64,000 nt of DNA from Bdellovibrionota bacterium (GTDB lineage Bacteria; Bdellovibrionota_C; UBA2361; OMII01), in contig JBIJBE010000018.1 in assembly GCA_044345405.1 (NCBI GenBank), forward strand, positions 685 to 64,684. The letters are read 5' to 3'. How positions within the stretch are numbered: position 1 is the stretch's first letter; every line of letters begins with the position of its first letter. Positions 28,817 through 38,337 of the stretch are shown in pieces. The position numbers and the translations under genes were made by a program. The notes beneath the pieces are model-generated. The model searched no databases. It had not been told where the DNA came from and saw only the letters and a program-made list of their open reading frames with translations.

Positions 28817-29485
28817 ATGTGTGGTGATATTTCTCGCTTCCCATCCTGGCGTCGCGGTCGAGGTAGGTTCTGGCTCTCCCGTCTGATCGGGTTCAGTATC
28901 GTGGTATGGTGTAGCGCGTGCGCCCCTCGAAGCCTGGAGGATATGCTCGGTGTTAAACCGCGCAATCTAACACCCGAGGAGTTCTCCGCGTTGAGTCAAC
29001 CGGGAGTCTCCCATGAGGTATTAAAAACCTTCGTGGGTGAGTGGAACGTTGAGGTACTCTCCCGTAGTTCGCCCGACGCGAATCCAGAGCGTTCTTCGGC
29101 CCGTTCAAGTTCCAGTTGGATACTTGGATATCGATACGTGCGCGAGAAATATAAGAGCCTTGAGATGGGGCCGCGCTATGAAGGTTTAGGATTCATCGGC
29201 TATGACGCGGGCGCTCGGGTATACTCCACGGTCTGGATGGACTCATTGAACACCTCCATCGCTACCTCAAAGGGGGTCTTTAACCCAGAGACCGCGACCT
29301 TCGCTATGAAGGGGGAGATCTACGATCCCTTACTGGGAAGGATGAAGGAAACGAGATCGCTCATACAGATCCTTTCTCCCGATTCCTACAAGATTACGGT
29401 GGTGGATCGCACGGCGCGGGGAAAGGACTATATCTCTCTTGAACTCACGTACAATCGAATTTCCGGAAGCCAAGAGATACCCTAG
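28817..29485 (+). CDS. DUF1579-like secreted/lipoprotein of unknown function
   Basis: Signal/lipobox region (IVVWCSAC). GEWNVE...GYDAGARVYSTVWMDS pattern. Confidence 0.4.
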   Translation: MCGDISRFPSWRRGRGRFWLSRLIGFSIVVWCSACAPRSLEDMLGVKPRNLTPEEFSALSQPGVSHEVLKTFVGEWNVEVLSRSSPDANPERSSARSSSSWILGYRYVREKYKSLEMGPRYEGLGFIGYDAGARVYSTVWMDSLNTSIATSKGVFNPETATFAMKGEIYDPLLGRMKETRSLIQILSPDSYKITVVDRTARGKDYISLELTYNRISGSQEIP

Positions 29486-29510
29486 TTCCTCGCCTCTACC
29501 TGGAAAATAA

Positions 29511-29711
29511 CTAGGTTCACGTGCTCGTGCACGTAAACGTCCCCGACAGAGAAAACAGCATTGCACCTTGGCTTGAGATACAGCGCTACATTTGATTACA
29601 GGACGATGGGTTTTTGTCGAAGGGCTCGTGAGTTTATTGTGTACGTCCTGAACCCAAGTTTTCTTCGGGTACGTTTACGTTCACGTTTACAAGCAAGTTC
29701 ACGTAAACATG
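29511..29711. promoter_or_regulatory. cluster of ACGT-core repeats (GGTTCACGTG, CACGTAAACG, ACGTTTACGTTCACGTTTAC, GTTCACGTAAAC) in convergent intergenic region
   Basis: At least five TTCACGT / ACGTTTAC units in 200 bp, partly arranged as inverted repeats. Confidence 0.55.
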
Positions 29712-29797
29712 TAATTTCGGCATTAAACCGAGGATTGCTAGTTCTAGGGACACGCCGGGATGGTGCTTGAAGGTATTCACCAGATTTTTCGAAGACC

Positions 29798-30559
29798 TTA
29801 GTTTGAAAGACGGTTCCAGAGACTAGAGAAAAACCACCGCATAAACGTGGCATAGTCGGGATGAATAAGCTCTAACGCCGATTCATCGCCGGGGCTATTG
29901 AGCGACATGATAGTAACGTCGCCAACGACCATCATATCCGCGAGCCCGGCTTCATTCGGATCCAGGAAGCGTACCTCATGGTTTGGATTGATAATGTTCT
30001 GACAATACCATTCAGTGACCGGCCCCCGAGCGAGGATCTCTTGGATCCTATTTTTCGTCTTGCCGGTGAGTTCGAGGAACGCCTTCACCTTTCCCCGTTT
30101 CACGTCGTCGAGGATCGAGGCTTGTGGATTCCACATGGCGCAAAAGTCATGTTTGAGGACGTATTTCTCGATCAAGTGATAGTAATCCTTGGACTGATCG
30201 ATGTGATTAATCTCAAGCTTACCAACATGGATCGTTTGATGAGGCTTGTATTGTTCAAGCCGTGGTTTAATAAGCTCTATAGAGGCGAGCATCTTCTCAA
30301 AATTGGCTCGAGCTTGATTAAAGAGAATAGGGGCGATCTCATCCGGATGAATTGGGGCGAATTCAGCCACTCCTTTGGAGCTGGTTCTCTTCACGAGCTG
30401 TTGGTTTTCAAGCATCTGGAGCGCGGAGTAAACCGTTGAACGCTTGAGCCCGATTGCGCGAGCAATGACTCCCGCGCTTCGCGGTCCGCGAGTGAGAAGA
30501 TGGTGAAACACCTCATATTCAGTAGGTGTCAGACCACACGCTAAAAATTCGTCCCGCAT
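29798..30559 (-). CDS. TrmB-family transcriptional regulator
   Basis: N-terminal wHTH LTPTEYEVFHHLLTRGPRSAGVIARAIGLKRSTVYSALQMLENQQLV; 253 aa with a C-terminal sensing domain. Confidence 0.65.
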   Translation of the reverse strand: MRDEFLACGLTPTEYEVFHHLLTRGPRSAGVIARAIGLKRSTVYSALQMLENQQLVKRTSSKGVAEFAPIHPDEIAPILFNQARANFEKMLASIELIKPRLEQYKPHQTIHVGKLEINHIDQSKDYYHLIEKYVLKHDFCAMWNPQASILDDVKRGKVKAFLELTGKTKNRIQEILARGPVTEWYCQNIINPNHEVRFLDPNEAGLADMMVVGDVTIMSLNSPGDESALELIHPDYATFMRWFFSSLWNRLSN

Positions 30560-30731
30560 ACTCCATTCACACGTATGGGCACCTTAACCTCTTCGTCCGC
30601 GAAGCTCTCGTCGGATAGGCAAGAGCTCGTGAGCCTCTTGAACGAGTACCCGCTTGGGTTCTTCAATTCGAGGAATCTCCGCGCGGAAGGGGCCCGACCT
30701 CGCCGACCAAATGGTCGCCGATTCAGTTTGG

Positions 30732-31010
30732 TTATGCCACCACGTTGAGCTTTGACGAGTCAAGCTCGTCTGATATGGCTCTGGCGTTCGCCGATGCCTT
30801 CGCTACCTCGGGGCTGATGGGGGTATTCACCATCGGTTTAACCGCCGCGTTCTCTTGCGCGGTACCGGAGAAGCCTCGAACAGTTTTGAGAGCGGTGGCG
30901 TAGGAAGCCGCGAATCCGTCCGCAATATGGTTTAGAGCTGAAACAATACTTGTCTTCATGGTCCCTAGGGTCGGCTGGATGAGGAGTTGGCTTGATGTTC
31001 TGTGGTGCAA
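30732..31010 (-). CDS. small hypothetical protein
   Basis: 92-aa ORF (possibly starting at MKTS). Ala-rich; no motif recognised. Confidence 0.3.
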   Translation of the reverse strand: MHHRTSSQLLIQPTLGTMKTSIVSALNHIADGFAASYATALKTVRGFSGTAQENAAVKPMVNTPISPEVAKASANARAISDELDSSKLNVVA

Positions 31011-31157
31011 ATTCCTCGTAGCGGGGACGTTTAGAGATGATGGTCTAACTAGCCGATTTTAGTGGTCTTAACTCCGTTGAGTAGCTCCCCAACCTCAAGG
31101 GGCTCGGAAAAGGTGTCGACCATAGAACGTAGAAAGCGCCGGGAAGAAGGGGGGCGA

Positions 31158-31865
31158 ATGAATCATGTGATATCGTATGTTGTGGGGCTCGTTGTGGTGG
31201 GCGCGTGCGCGGTGGTCGAGGCGCAGGAGCTGCGGAAGGATGCTCCGTCCAACGGGCGAGCGAGGGCTCTCACCGGAGAGGTCGCGTATTCGAATCCCGA
31301 CACGGGTGTCCGCAATTCTCAAACGGAGGTCATCAACGCTCTGGAGGCGTGGGGAGAAAAGCTGCAAAGTATCGTCACGACCTCGGGTGTGGGAAAAGTT
31401 CCTGAATTAGACCAAAACGCCGCATCCTATCTTTCGGTGCTCTACCTTTACTGCTCGGTCAAAAACGGACCGTGTCCATTCATCCTCGAAACGGTTCTCG
31501 ACGCTGATATCGCGCTCTCTCGCGTTGATAATCGAGTTACCTGCGGGTTGACCAATCGGTTCTTCAAGAGCTATCTCTCTCACGGGCTTGATGAGCGTGG
31601 AAAGTATCTCTTCTCTCTAACCCAAGGATTAGAGATGGCGAAGTTTAATACCTCGGAGAGGCCTCGCTTTGTGGAATGCAAAGAGACTGTTTCCGCTATC
31701 ATGGCCGATAAAGAGGTTCTCGCCCAAAGATTCGGGTCGAAGGGGACCGAGGCCCAGTCGGTAGCCGCGTTTCTGACCCTTTTGTCCGAGGTTAAGGAAC
31801 AGAAGGTGGATATCTTCGTTTCTACCGGAATGGGCAAAAAAGACGAACCCCCCACTCAACCATGA
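31158..31865 (+). CDS. secreted hypothetical protein upstream of motA
   Basis: Start trimmed to MNHVISYVVGLVVVGACAVVEA (signal peptide) with GAAGGGGGG RBS; 235 aa. Confidence 0.45.
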   Translation: MNHVISYVVGLVVVGACAVVEAQELRKDAPSNGRARALTGEVAYSNPDTGVRNSQTEVINALEAWGEKLQSIVTTSGVGKVPELDQNAASYLSVLYLYCSVKNGPCPFILETVLDADIALSRVDNRVTCGLTNRFFKSYLSHGLDERGKYLFSLTQGLEMAKFNTSERPRFVECKETVSAIMADKEVLAQRFGSKGTEAQSVAAFLTLLSEVKEQKVDIFVSTGMGKKDEPPTQP

Positions 31866-32005
31866 ACGAGCGGGGTGATGTATCGCCAATCCCTTGACGC
31901 ATCATTCCTAAGATATTGTTTTGCCGCTGATTTGCCCTCCAAACCCTTGAGACCGTAGGGCCGGGTAAGTAGCCGAAAAAATAGGCGCATCCTTCCCTGG
32001 GTCCG

Positions 32006-32977
32006 TTGTCATCTCAACATCGTAACATTGGAGAGTGCCAAAAAATTGAGCGTCCGTTGTTTTCGGAGGCTCAGAGCGGGGTCGTTTCTATGACACTTCG
32101 GCCCGCCGCGGAGGATGCTCGCCAACAAGGGGTTTCGTTTGTAGGGAAAAGCATGGAAGAGCTATCCTCGTCGCGCCAGAGATTTAACCGCGCTCGTCGC
32201 ATCGGTGAGCATGCGCCGGTCGTTAACACGTCATTAATCGTGGGTCTCTCAATCTCCATAGGATTAGTGTTTGTAGGCGCTTTGTTCGGTGGAAATCCTC
32301 TCACCTTCATCAGCGCGGAGGGGATTCTGTTGGTGCTTGGGGGAACCTTCGCCTCGACCCTGATTCAATTTTCAACCAGAGATATCCGCAATGCCGTACG
32401 AGCCGCTCGGGCGGTTCTCTTTCTTCCACCGGAAGAGCCAACGGATCGTATCTCGTATCTTGTCGATCTCTCCCGAAGGGTCAAAGAGCAGGGTGTACTC
32501 ATTCTTGAGAACGAGGCGAGTCGCACAGCAGATCCCTTCTTACGTCTTGGTCTTGATCTCACCGTTGATGGTCAAGCGCCCGAGGAGATCTCGCGTATCC
32601 TTCAGCGAGAGATGCGCACCTCCAATGATCAGGCGTGGCGTTCCGTTCAGGTATGGGAAACGATGGGGAACTTCGCTCCCGCGATGGGTCTTATCGGTAC
32701 CCTCATCGGTCTCATCCACATGCTTGGCTCGTTGCAGGACGCGAGCGCGGTTGGACCGGCTATGTCGCTCGCGTTGGTCGCCACTCTGTATGGTTCTGTG
32801 GCGGCGAATCTCTTCTTCTTTCCGATGTCGGGTAAATTGCGAGTTGTCGCACAAGAGCGAGAGTTCTCAAAGGATATCACCCTTGAGGGACTCCTCAGTG
32901 TGGCTCGCTTAGAGAATCCGATAATGTTGGAGCAACGGCTCCAAAGCTTCGTAACCCTGGCCGCGAATAGCTACTAA
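32006..32977 (+). CDS. motA: flagellar motor stator protein MotA
   Basis: Four TM helices and a conserved C-terminal proton-channel region (MGLIGTLIGLIHMLGSL...ALVATLYGSVAANLFFFPMSGKL). Start may be at an internal Met. Confidence 0.8.
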   Translation: MSSQHRNIGECQKIERPLFSEAQSGVVSMTLRPAAEDARQQGVSFVGKSMEELSSSRQRFNRARRIGEHAPVVNTSLIVGLSISIGLVFVGALFGGNPLTFISAEGILLVLGGTFASTLIQFSTRDIRNAVRAARAVLFLPPEEPTDRISYLVDLSRRVKEQGVLILENEASRTADPFLRLGLDLTVDGQAPEEISRILQREMRTSNDQAWRSVQVWETMGNFAPAMGLIGTLIGLIHMLGSLQDASAVGPAMSLALVATLYGSVAANLFFFPMSGKLRVVAQEREFSKDITLEGLLSVARLENPIMLEQRLQSFVTLAANSY

Positions 32978-32986
32978 AAGGTATCC

Positions 32987-33493
32987 ATGATGCGGCAAGA
33001 AGCTCACGGCAGCGGTAGTTGTGATAGACGCATTCTGAAGGCGTTCTACACCCAGTACGTGGCGGTGCTTCTGATTATATTGGTGTTCACTGTTGGGGCG
33101 TTTCAACGAGCATCTCAACGCGACGAGAGCACCGCTCGTCCAGCGATGGCGCCGAAAGAGGAGGTCTCGATTGGAGGACTTCAGATCGCGCAACACTTCG
33201 ACGATCTCGGACAACTTGGCTCTGACACCGCGCAGCTTGAGGCCGTGGCGCTCGTTATCGCCGAGCACGATGTAAAGGCATCGATAGCGCTCCCGGTGAG
33301 CATGCAAAAGATCGACCCTCTCCACGCTACCGTCGAGCAGTCCCTGGCTCGGGTCTCCTCGCTTGAGCGATTCTTCGCTGCGCGGGGTGTCGGAGAGGAC
33401 TCTCTCGAATTAGTGATAGGGGGTCCTGACGCGCGGGAAGGTATCTTGGTTGTAAAGTTTGAAGGGGAGGATCATGACAACTTCCCTCTCTAA
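32987..33493 (+). CDS. single-pass membrane protein with OmpA-like-remnant periplasmic domain (stator-associated)
   Basis: TM helix YVAVLLIILVFTVGAF. C-terminal LSLARVSSLERFFAARGVGEDSLELVIGG resembles the end of the OmpA/MotB peptidoglycan-binding domain. Overlaps the next gene by 35 nt. Confidence 0.4.
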   Translation: MMRQEAHGSGSCDRRILKAFYTQYVAVLLIILVFTVGAFQRASQRDESTARPAMAPKEEVSIGGLQIAQHFDDLGQLGSDTAQLEAVALVIAEHDVKASIALPVSMQKIDPLHATVEQSLARVSSLERFFAARGVGEDSLELVIGGPDAREGILVVKFEGEDHDNFPL

Positions 33494-34025
33494 GTATCGG
33501 CACCAGGGCGTGAGTGAGGGCCAACCAGGTTCGGTGGTCTGGTTCATCAGCTTTGGCGATCTTTTGACACTCTTGCTCTGTTTCTTCTTAGTTTTGACGC
33601 CGTGGGACCGTCTCAAGAAGAGCTCTAATACTGAATCGTTGCCAACTGTTACCGCGCAATCGGACACCATAGATAACCCTGGCACTACCCTTGCTTCAGA
33701 TCTCCCCCTGAGGGGATCCGTCATCGCGCTTGAGCTCCCGCTTTTCGAGGGAGAAGGGGGGCTTAGTGGTGAGGGGCTATCATCCGCCGCGCTTTCGAGG
33801 GAGCTCACGCGAGCTATGCCGAGCGGTGGGCGGATCGATGTTCTCGTCTGCAGTGGCGCCGATGTTAGGGCCGCCGTGGTGCGGTTCGTCGGTGAAGCCG
33901 TCGAGCGAAGTTTCGGAAGTGGTGTATCCGCTCGATTTGTGGTGAGGCGTTCGTGTGAGGTGTCTCAGGTACTCGCGCCGGTAACAAAGAACGTAGTCGG
34001 ACGAATAAGAATTGTAGGGACGTAG
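33459..34025 (+). CDS. motB: MotB-like stator protein, short (TM/plug region, no canonical OmpA domain)
   Basis: SVVWFISFGDLLTLLLCFFLVL matches the MotB TM with the conserved Asp. Only 188 aa and the C-terminus lacks the NRRVEI-type PG-binding motif. Confidence 0.55.
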   Translation: MKGRIMTTSLSKYRHQGVSEGQPGSVVWFISFGDLLTLLLCFFLVLTPWDRLKKSSNTESLPTVTAQSDTIDNPGTTLASDLPLRGSVIALELPLFEGEGGLSGEGLSSAALSRELTRAMPSGGRIDVLVCSGADVRAAVVRFVGEAVERSFGSGVSARFVVRRSCEVSQVLAPVTKNVVGRIRIVGT

Positions 34026-34032
34026 TCGAGAC

Positions 34033-34581
34033 ATGGCAGAGGAAGAGAAACAAGAGGCTCCGGCGCTTGAAGCACCCGCGGCCCCCAATCGTAATAAGCG
34101 AGTTCTCATCGCCGCGGGTGGTGTGGTCGCGCTGTTGATCATGGTTGGCGTTCCCGCTGGATACTTCCTCTTGAAGGAGGAACCGAAGGAGGTGAGTGAG
34201 ATCTCCCCTGAGATGGCACCGGAAAATCAGCTGAAGCCTGAGGGACAGGACGAGGCTGAAGAGGAGCTTGAGGAGGGGGAGGAACCCCTTGGAGCGATCG
34301 TTCCCATGGAGACCTTTCTCGTGAATCTTTCAGGCGGGAAATATATACGAGCCCAGGTTCAGGTTGAGTTCGAGACCCTTGATGTGCCCCGTAGGTTTTA
34401 TACCCGCGCGGTGCCCATCCGTGATGGGATTATCTCGATGCTGACGCAGCTTACGGCTGAAAACCTGGAGACAGCGAAGGGCAAGGACAAGCTTCGCGCG
34501 GAGATTCGGTCCGTTATTAACACGGCGCTCCGTAAGGAAGAGGTTCGTCGAGTCTATTTTACTCAGTTCGTGATTCAATAG
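34033..34581 (+). CDS. fliL: flagellar basal-body-associated protein FliL
   Basis: Single N-terminal TM, acidic linker, and the FliL core (FLVNLSGGKYIRAQVQVEFE...AEIRSVIN). Confidence 0.7.
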   Translation: MAEEEKQEAPALEAPAAPNRNKRVLIAAGGVVALLIMVGVPAGYFLLKEEPKEVSEISPEMAPENQLKPEGQDEAEEELEEGEEPLGAIVPMETFLVNLSGGKYIRAQVQVEFETLDVPRRFYTRAVPIRDGIISMLTQLTAENLETAKGKDKLRAEIRSVINTALRKEEVRRVYFTQFVIQ

Positions 34582-34582
34582 G

Positions 34583-35617
34583 GTGAGTATGAGCGAGGTT
34601 CTTAGCCAAGAAGAGATCAACACACTGCTCAAGGGACTCTCAGAGGGAGAGATTGAGGAGGGAACCGTTGAGGCTCAGGCGACCACTCAGAATGTAAAGA
34701 AGTTTGACCTCGCGAGTCAGGAGCGAATAGTTCGTGGTCGAATGCCGACCATGGAGATGATCCACGATCGCTTCTCCCGTTCCTTCCGTACCGCTCTTGG
34801 AAAATTTCTTGGTCGTAGCTGCTTCACTAACGTTGGCAAGATTGAGATGGTAAAGTTCGGAGCGTTCCTCAAGAAGCTTCCACTTCCATCCTCGCTCCAT
34901 ATCATGAAGATGGCTCCGTTGCCGGGACAAGCCCTGCTCGTCGTGTCAGCGCCCCTTGTGTTCAGCGTTATCGACGGACTCTTCGGTGGTCGAGGAACAA
35001 CGCGGGTGAAGGTTGAGGGGCGTGAGTACACCGCAATTGAGACATCGTTGATTGGGAAGGTGGTAGGTCTCGCTATTGAGGTTCTAAATGAGGCGTGGAA
35101 CCCGGTTCACCCGATCGAGTTCCAGTTCCTTCGTTCAGAGTTTAATCCATTCGCCGTAACGATTGCGCCTCCTTCGGACGTCGTGGTGGTTGTTACTATC
35201 GAGGTGGAGTTTGAGCAGGAGTGCACGACCCTCTCGATCTGTATTCCGTACTCAACCCTTGAGCCAATTAAGGGCAAACTCTCGACCTCAGTCCAGAGCA
35301 CCCGACTTGAGGTCGACAGCGCGTTGTCTCGCCGCATGCAGACGAACATTCAAGAGACCGTATGTGAGGTGAGCGTACAGCTTGCTCGCGGCACGGTGAA
35401 GCTCAAAGATCTTTTGAGCTTAGAGGTAGGGGATGTCATGAATCTTGAGACGATGCCGAACGAGGAGGCCCGCATAATGGTTGAGGGGACTCCGAAGTTG
35501 TACGGACATGTTGGATCGTTGCATGGAAACAGGGCGGTTCGAATAACTCGAGCTATCCCCAAGCTTGATCTGGTTAACATTCGAAACAAAGAGGAGATGA
35601 TTCGCAATGGCAGATAA
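34583..35617 (+). CDS. fliM: flagellar motor switch protein FliM
   Basis: MSEVLSQEEINTLL N-terminal CheY-P binding motif; CheC-like middle domain; C-terminal SpoA domain. Confidence 0.85.
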   Translation: MSMSEVLSQEEINTLLKGLSEGEIEEGTVEAQATTQNVKKFDLASQERIVRGRMPTMEMIHDRFSRSFRTALGKFLGRSCFTNVGKIEMVKFGAFLKKLPLPSSLHIMKMAPLPGQALLVVSAPLVFSVIDGLFGGRGTTRVKVEGREYTAIETSLIGKVVGLAIEVLNEAWNPVHPIEFQFLRSEFNPFAVTIAPPSDVVVVVTIEVEFEQECTTLSICIPYSTLEPIKGKLSTSVQSTRLEVDSALSRRMQTNIQETVCEVSVQLARGTVKLKDLLSLEVGDVMNLETMPNEEARIMVEGTPKLYGHVGSLHGNRAVRITRAIPKLDLVNIRNKEEMIRNGR

Positions 35618-35999
35618 TGAGATCGAACAAGGATTGGAAGGTGTAGCCGCCGCGGCGGGTGAGGTCGCTGATGCCGCCACAGCCGCGGGTAGCGTAACCG
35701 GCGCGACACCGGCGCAGGCCGCTCCGAAGAAGCAGAATCCACGAAACCTTGACTTCCTGATGGATGTCTCGCTTCAGGTATCTGTTGAGGTGGGGCGCGC
35801 TCGGATGACGATTAACGACCTCCTCCAAATGGGAGCGGGGTCCGTTGTGGAGCTTGAGAAGCTCGCTGGTGAGCCCCTTGATATCTTTATCAACGGCAAG
35901 CCGGTAGCTCGAGGTGAGGCGGTGATCGTGAACGAGAAGTTCGGTGTACGGCTCACGGATATCATCTCGCCGGAAGAGCGAGTTGAGGGCATGGCGTAA
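35607..35999 (+). CDS. fliN: flagellar motor switch protein FliN
   Basis: SpoA domain (VSLQVSVEVGRARMTINDLLQMGAGSVVELEKLAGEPLDIFINGKPVARGEAVIV). Overlaps the fliM stop. Confidence 0.85.
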   Translation: MADNEIEQGLEGVAAAAGEVADAATAAGSVTGATPAQAAPKKQNPRNLDFLMDVSLQVSVEVGRARMTINDLLQMGAGSVVELEKLAGEPLDIFINGKPVARGEAVIVNEKFGVRLTDIISPEERVEGMA

Positions 36000-36004
36000 C
36001 AAAC

Positions 36005-36478
36005 GTGGTGGGTGTCATGAAGACGATGTGTTGGTGGTGTGTGGTTACTCTCTTTATGGCGCTCAGTGTGCTCACTCCGCGAGTAGAGGCCCGCGCGGAT
36101 GACGCGCAGCTTCCCGCGTGGAGCGCTCCCGCTTCGCAAAGTGGACCGAGCGCTGACTCGTTCAACGCTCAAAGCTCCGCGCTTCGTATGGTCGGTGGCC
36201 TGTTCCTCTGCCTCGGACTTCTCGGAGCGGGTGTGCATGTGTACAAAAAATACGTGCTACCTCGGTCCTTATCATCCCAACGACGAATGCAGGTAGTGGA
36301 ACGTCTCCAACTCTCGGCGAAGAGCGCCCTCGTTCTCGTCAAGCTCGATGGAAAGGAGTTCGTGATGACGACGGGTTCAGAGAGCACTCGTCTGGTTCCT
36401 CTCCAAGCTCGAGATGAGCACCTTTTTGAGGAGACCCTCTCATCAGTGTGTGGTGATGTGGGTGAGTACAATGTGTAG
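36005..36478 (+). CDS. fliO: flagellar biosynthesis protein FliO
   Basis: Two hydrophobic segments and the FliO-like region LVLVKLDGKEFVMTTG. Its position between fliN and fliP fits FliO. Confidence 0.6.
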   Translation: MVGVMKTMCWWCVVTLFMALSVLTPRVEARADDAQLPAWSAPASQSGPSADSFNAQSSALRMVGGLFLCLGLLGAGVHVYKKYVLPRSLSSQRRMQVVERLQLSAKSALVLVKLDGKEFVMTTGSESTRLVPLQARDEHLFEETLSSVCGDVGEYNV

Positions 36479-37244
36479 GCTCATTATCACTATCATCCAC
36501 ATCGTCGCGCTCATCGCGATAACGGTCGTCGCCTCTACTGAGGCTATGGCGCAACAAGCCGCCTTGCCGGACCTCTCCATCAACGTAGGGGGTAGTGAGC
36601 TTGCCGGGGGCGGGAGTGTGGCGAGCAGCCTCAAGATCGTGTTGCTCCTTACGGTGCTCTCCTTCGCTCCCGCGATGATCTTGTGCATGACCTGCTTCAC
36701 CCGTATCGCCGTCGTGCTGGGTATGACCAGAACCGCGCTGGGTACCGCGTCACTTCCACCGAACACCGTTATTACTGGGCTCGCGCTCTTCTTAACCCTC
36801 GCGATTATGGGGCCAGTGTTCGAGAAGAGTTACAACGCGGGTATTAAGCCGTATCTTGACGGTCAGATGGCGCAAGAGGAAGCGATGAAGAAATCGATCG
36901 CCCCGCTCAAGGACTTTCTCGTGAAGCACTCCCGTGAGAAGGACCTCGCTCTCTTCCTGCAGATTACCCGATCGGAACAGCCAAAAGACCCCGCCGATGT
37001 TCCCTTCTTTGTCGCGGTTCCTGGATTCGTGTTGAGCGAGTTGAACGCGGCGTTTCAGATCGGATTTCTGATCGCCTTGCCGTTCCTTGTGCTCGACATG
37101 GTGGTGTCATCAGTACTCACCTCGATGAGTATGATTACCCTTCCGCCCGTTGTTATCTCGTTGCCACTGAAGCTCATGTTGTTCGTGATAGTGGATGGAT
37201 GGCACTTGATTATTAGCTCTCTTGTGAAGACCTACCGAGTATAG
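36471..37244 (+). CDS. fliP: flagellar export apparatus protein FliP
   Basis: Signal peptide then the highly conserved FliP core (LLLTVLSFAPAMILCMTCFTRI..., GFLIALPFLVLDMVVSSVLTSMSMITLPP). ATGTGTAG overlap with the fliO stop. Confidence 0.9.
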   Translation: MCRLIITIIHIVALIAITVVASTEAMAQQAALPDLSINVGGSELAGGGSVASSLKIVLLLTVLSFAPAMILCMTCFTRIAVVLGMTRTALGTASLPPNTVITGLALFLTLAIMGPVFEKSYNAGIKPYLDGQMAQEEAMKKSIAPLKDFLVKHSREKDLALFLQITRSEQPKDPADVPFFVAVPGFVLSELNAAFQIGFLIALPFLVLDMVVSSVLTSMSMITLPPVVISLPLKLMLFVIVDGWHLIISSLVKTYRV

Positions 37245-37257
37245 AGGAGGATCGCTC

Positions 37258-37530
37258 ATGACTATCGATGACTACCTTCGTTTGGGACAGATTAGCATTG
37301 AGACCGCGCTCTACACCTGCGCTCCTATCTTGGGGTTCGGATTAGTGGCGGGACTGCTTGTCAGTATCTTTCAGGCCGCCACGCAGATTAACGACCCGGC
37401 GCTCGCGTTTATACCAAAAATTGGAGCGGCGATTATCGGGATGGTTCTGTTTGGCCACTTCATGGTGAATCGTATCGCTGGATTTACTATCTTTGTGTAC
37501 AGCCAGATCGGCAACATCGGACCCAACTAA
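37258..37530 (+). CDS. fliQ: flagellar export apparatus protein FliQ
   Basis: 90 aa, two TM helices, FQAATQINDPALAFIPKI motif. Confidence 0.85.
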   Translation: MTIDDYLRLGQISIETALYTCAPILGFGLVAGLLVSIFQAATQINDPALAFIPKIGAAIIGMVLFGHFMVNRIAGFTIFVYSQIGNIGPN

Positions 37531-37545
37531 GAGTGAGGCCCGGTC

Positions 37546-38337
37546 GTGGACGCTGAGACCTTGCACGCGGTTCCCCAGCTCTTGCTCCAACGCCTCGACG
37601 TGGGCTGGACCTTCATTCTTTTGTTGATGCGTCACGTAACATTCCTCATGATAGCCCCCGGCGTCGGAGGTGGTATCGCGGGGATCGCGTTGCGGTATCC
37701 CGCCGCTATCGTTCTTACCTTCGCGGCGTTTCGTATGGAGGGAGTCATTCCCGTCCCTGGTGATATGATAACGATGGGTTTGCAGCTTACCGCTGAGATG
37801 ATACTCGGCGCGGTGATCGGAATGATCCCGATCCTTATCGTCGCTGGAGCTCAGACCGCCGGACACCTCGCGAGCGGCACGATGGGGTTAAACGGCGCGC
37901 AACTCCTCGATCCCACAACACAGGCTTCTCTGCCGGATCTATCAAGAATTTATGGGGATCTCGCCATCGTTATCTTCCTGCTCGTTGGGGGGCACCACGT
38001 CGCGGTGTATCAGCTCGCTGGATTAGAGGGAACTATTCGCCCCGGAACTTTTATTATCAGCGCGCAAGGCATCAGCACCCTAGTCGATCAAAGCGCGGCC
38101 ATCTTTCACATTGGGGTCATGATAGCGGCTCCCGTTATCGTCGCGTTACTGCTGACGAACTTCGTGCTCGCGATTATCTCGAAAGCTGTGCCGACGGTTA
38201 ATATCTTTATTATCAGTTTCCCCCTGACCGTCGCTGTCGGGCTTGGGATATCGATTCTCGCGCTCCCGGAAGCCGGAAACTATCTCGCTCGGCAGTATAC
38301 TAAGTTAGAGCCGCTCTTGAGCGCTGTTGTGAATTAG
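37546..38337 (+). CDS. fliR: flagellar export apparatus protein FliR
   Basis: 263 aa, 6 TM helices, FliR-like topology. Position after fliQ. Confidence 0.85.
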   Translation: MDAETLHAVPQLLLQRLDVGWTFILLLMRHVTFLMIAPGVGGGIAGIALRYPAAIVLTFAAFRMEGVIPVPGDMITMGLQLTAEMILGAVIGMIPILIVAGAQTAGHLASGTMGLNGAQLLDPTTQASLPDLSRIYGDLAIVIFLLVGGHHVAVYQLAGLEGTIRPGTFIISAQGISTLVDQSAAIFHIGVMIAAPVIVALLLTNFVLAIISKAVPTVNIFIISFPLTVAVGLGISILALPEAGNYLARQYTKLEPLLSAVVN

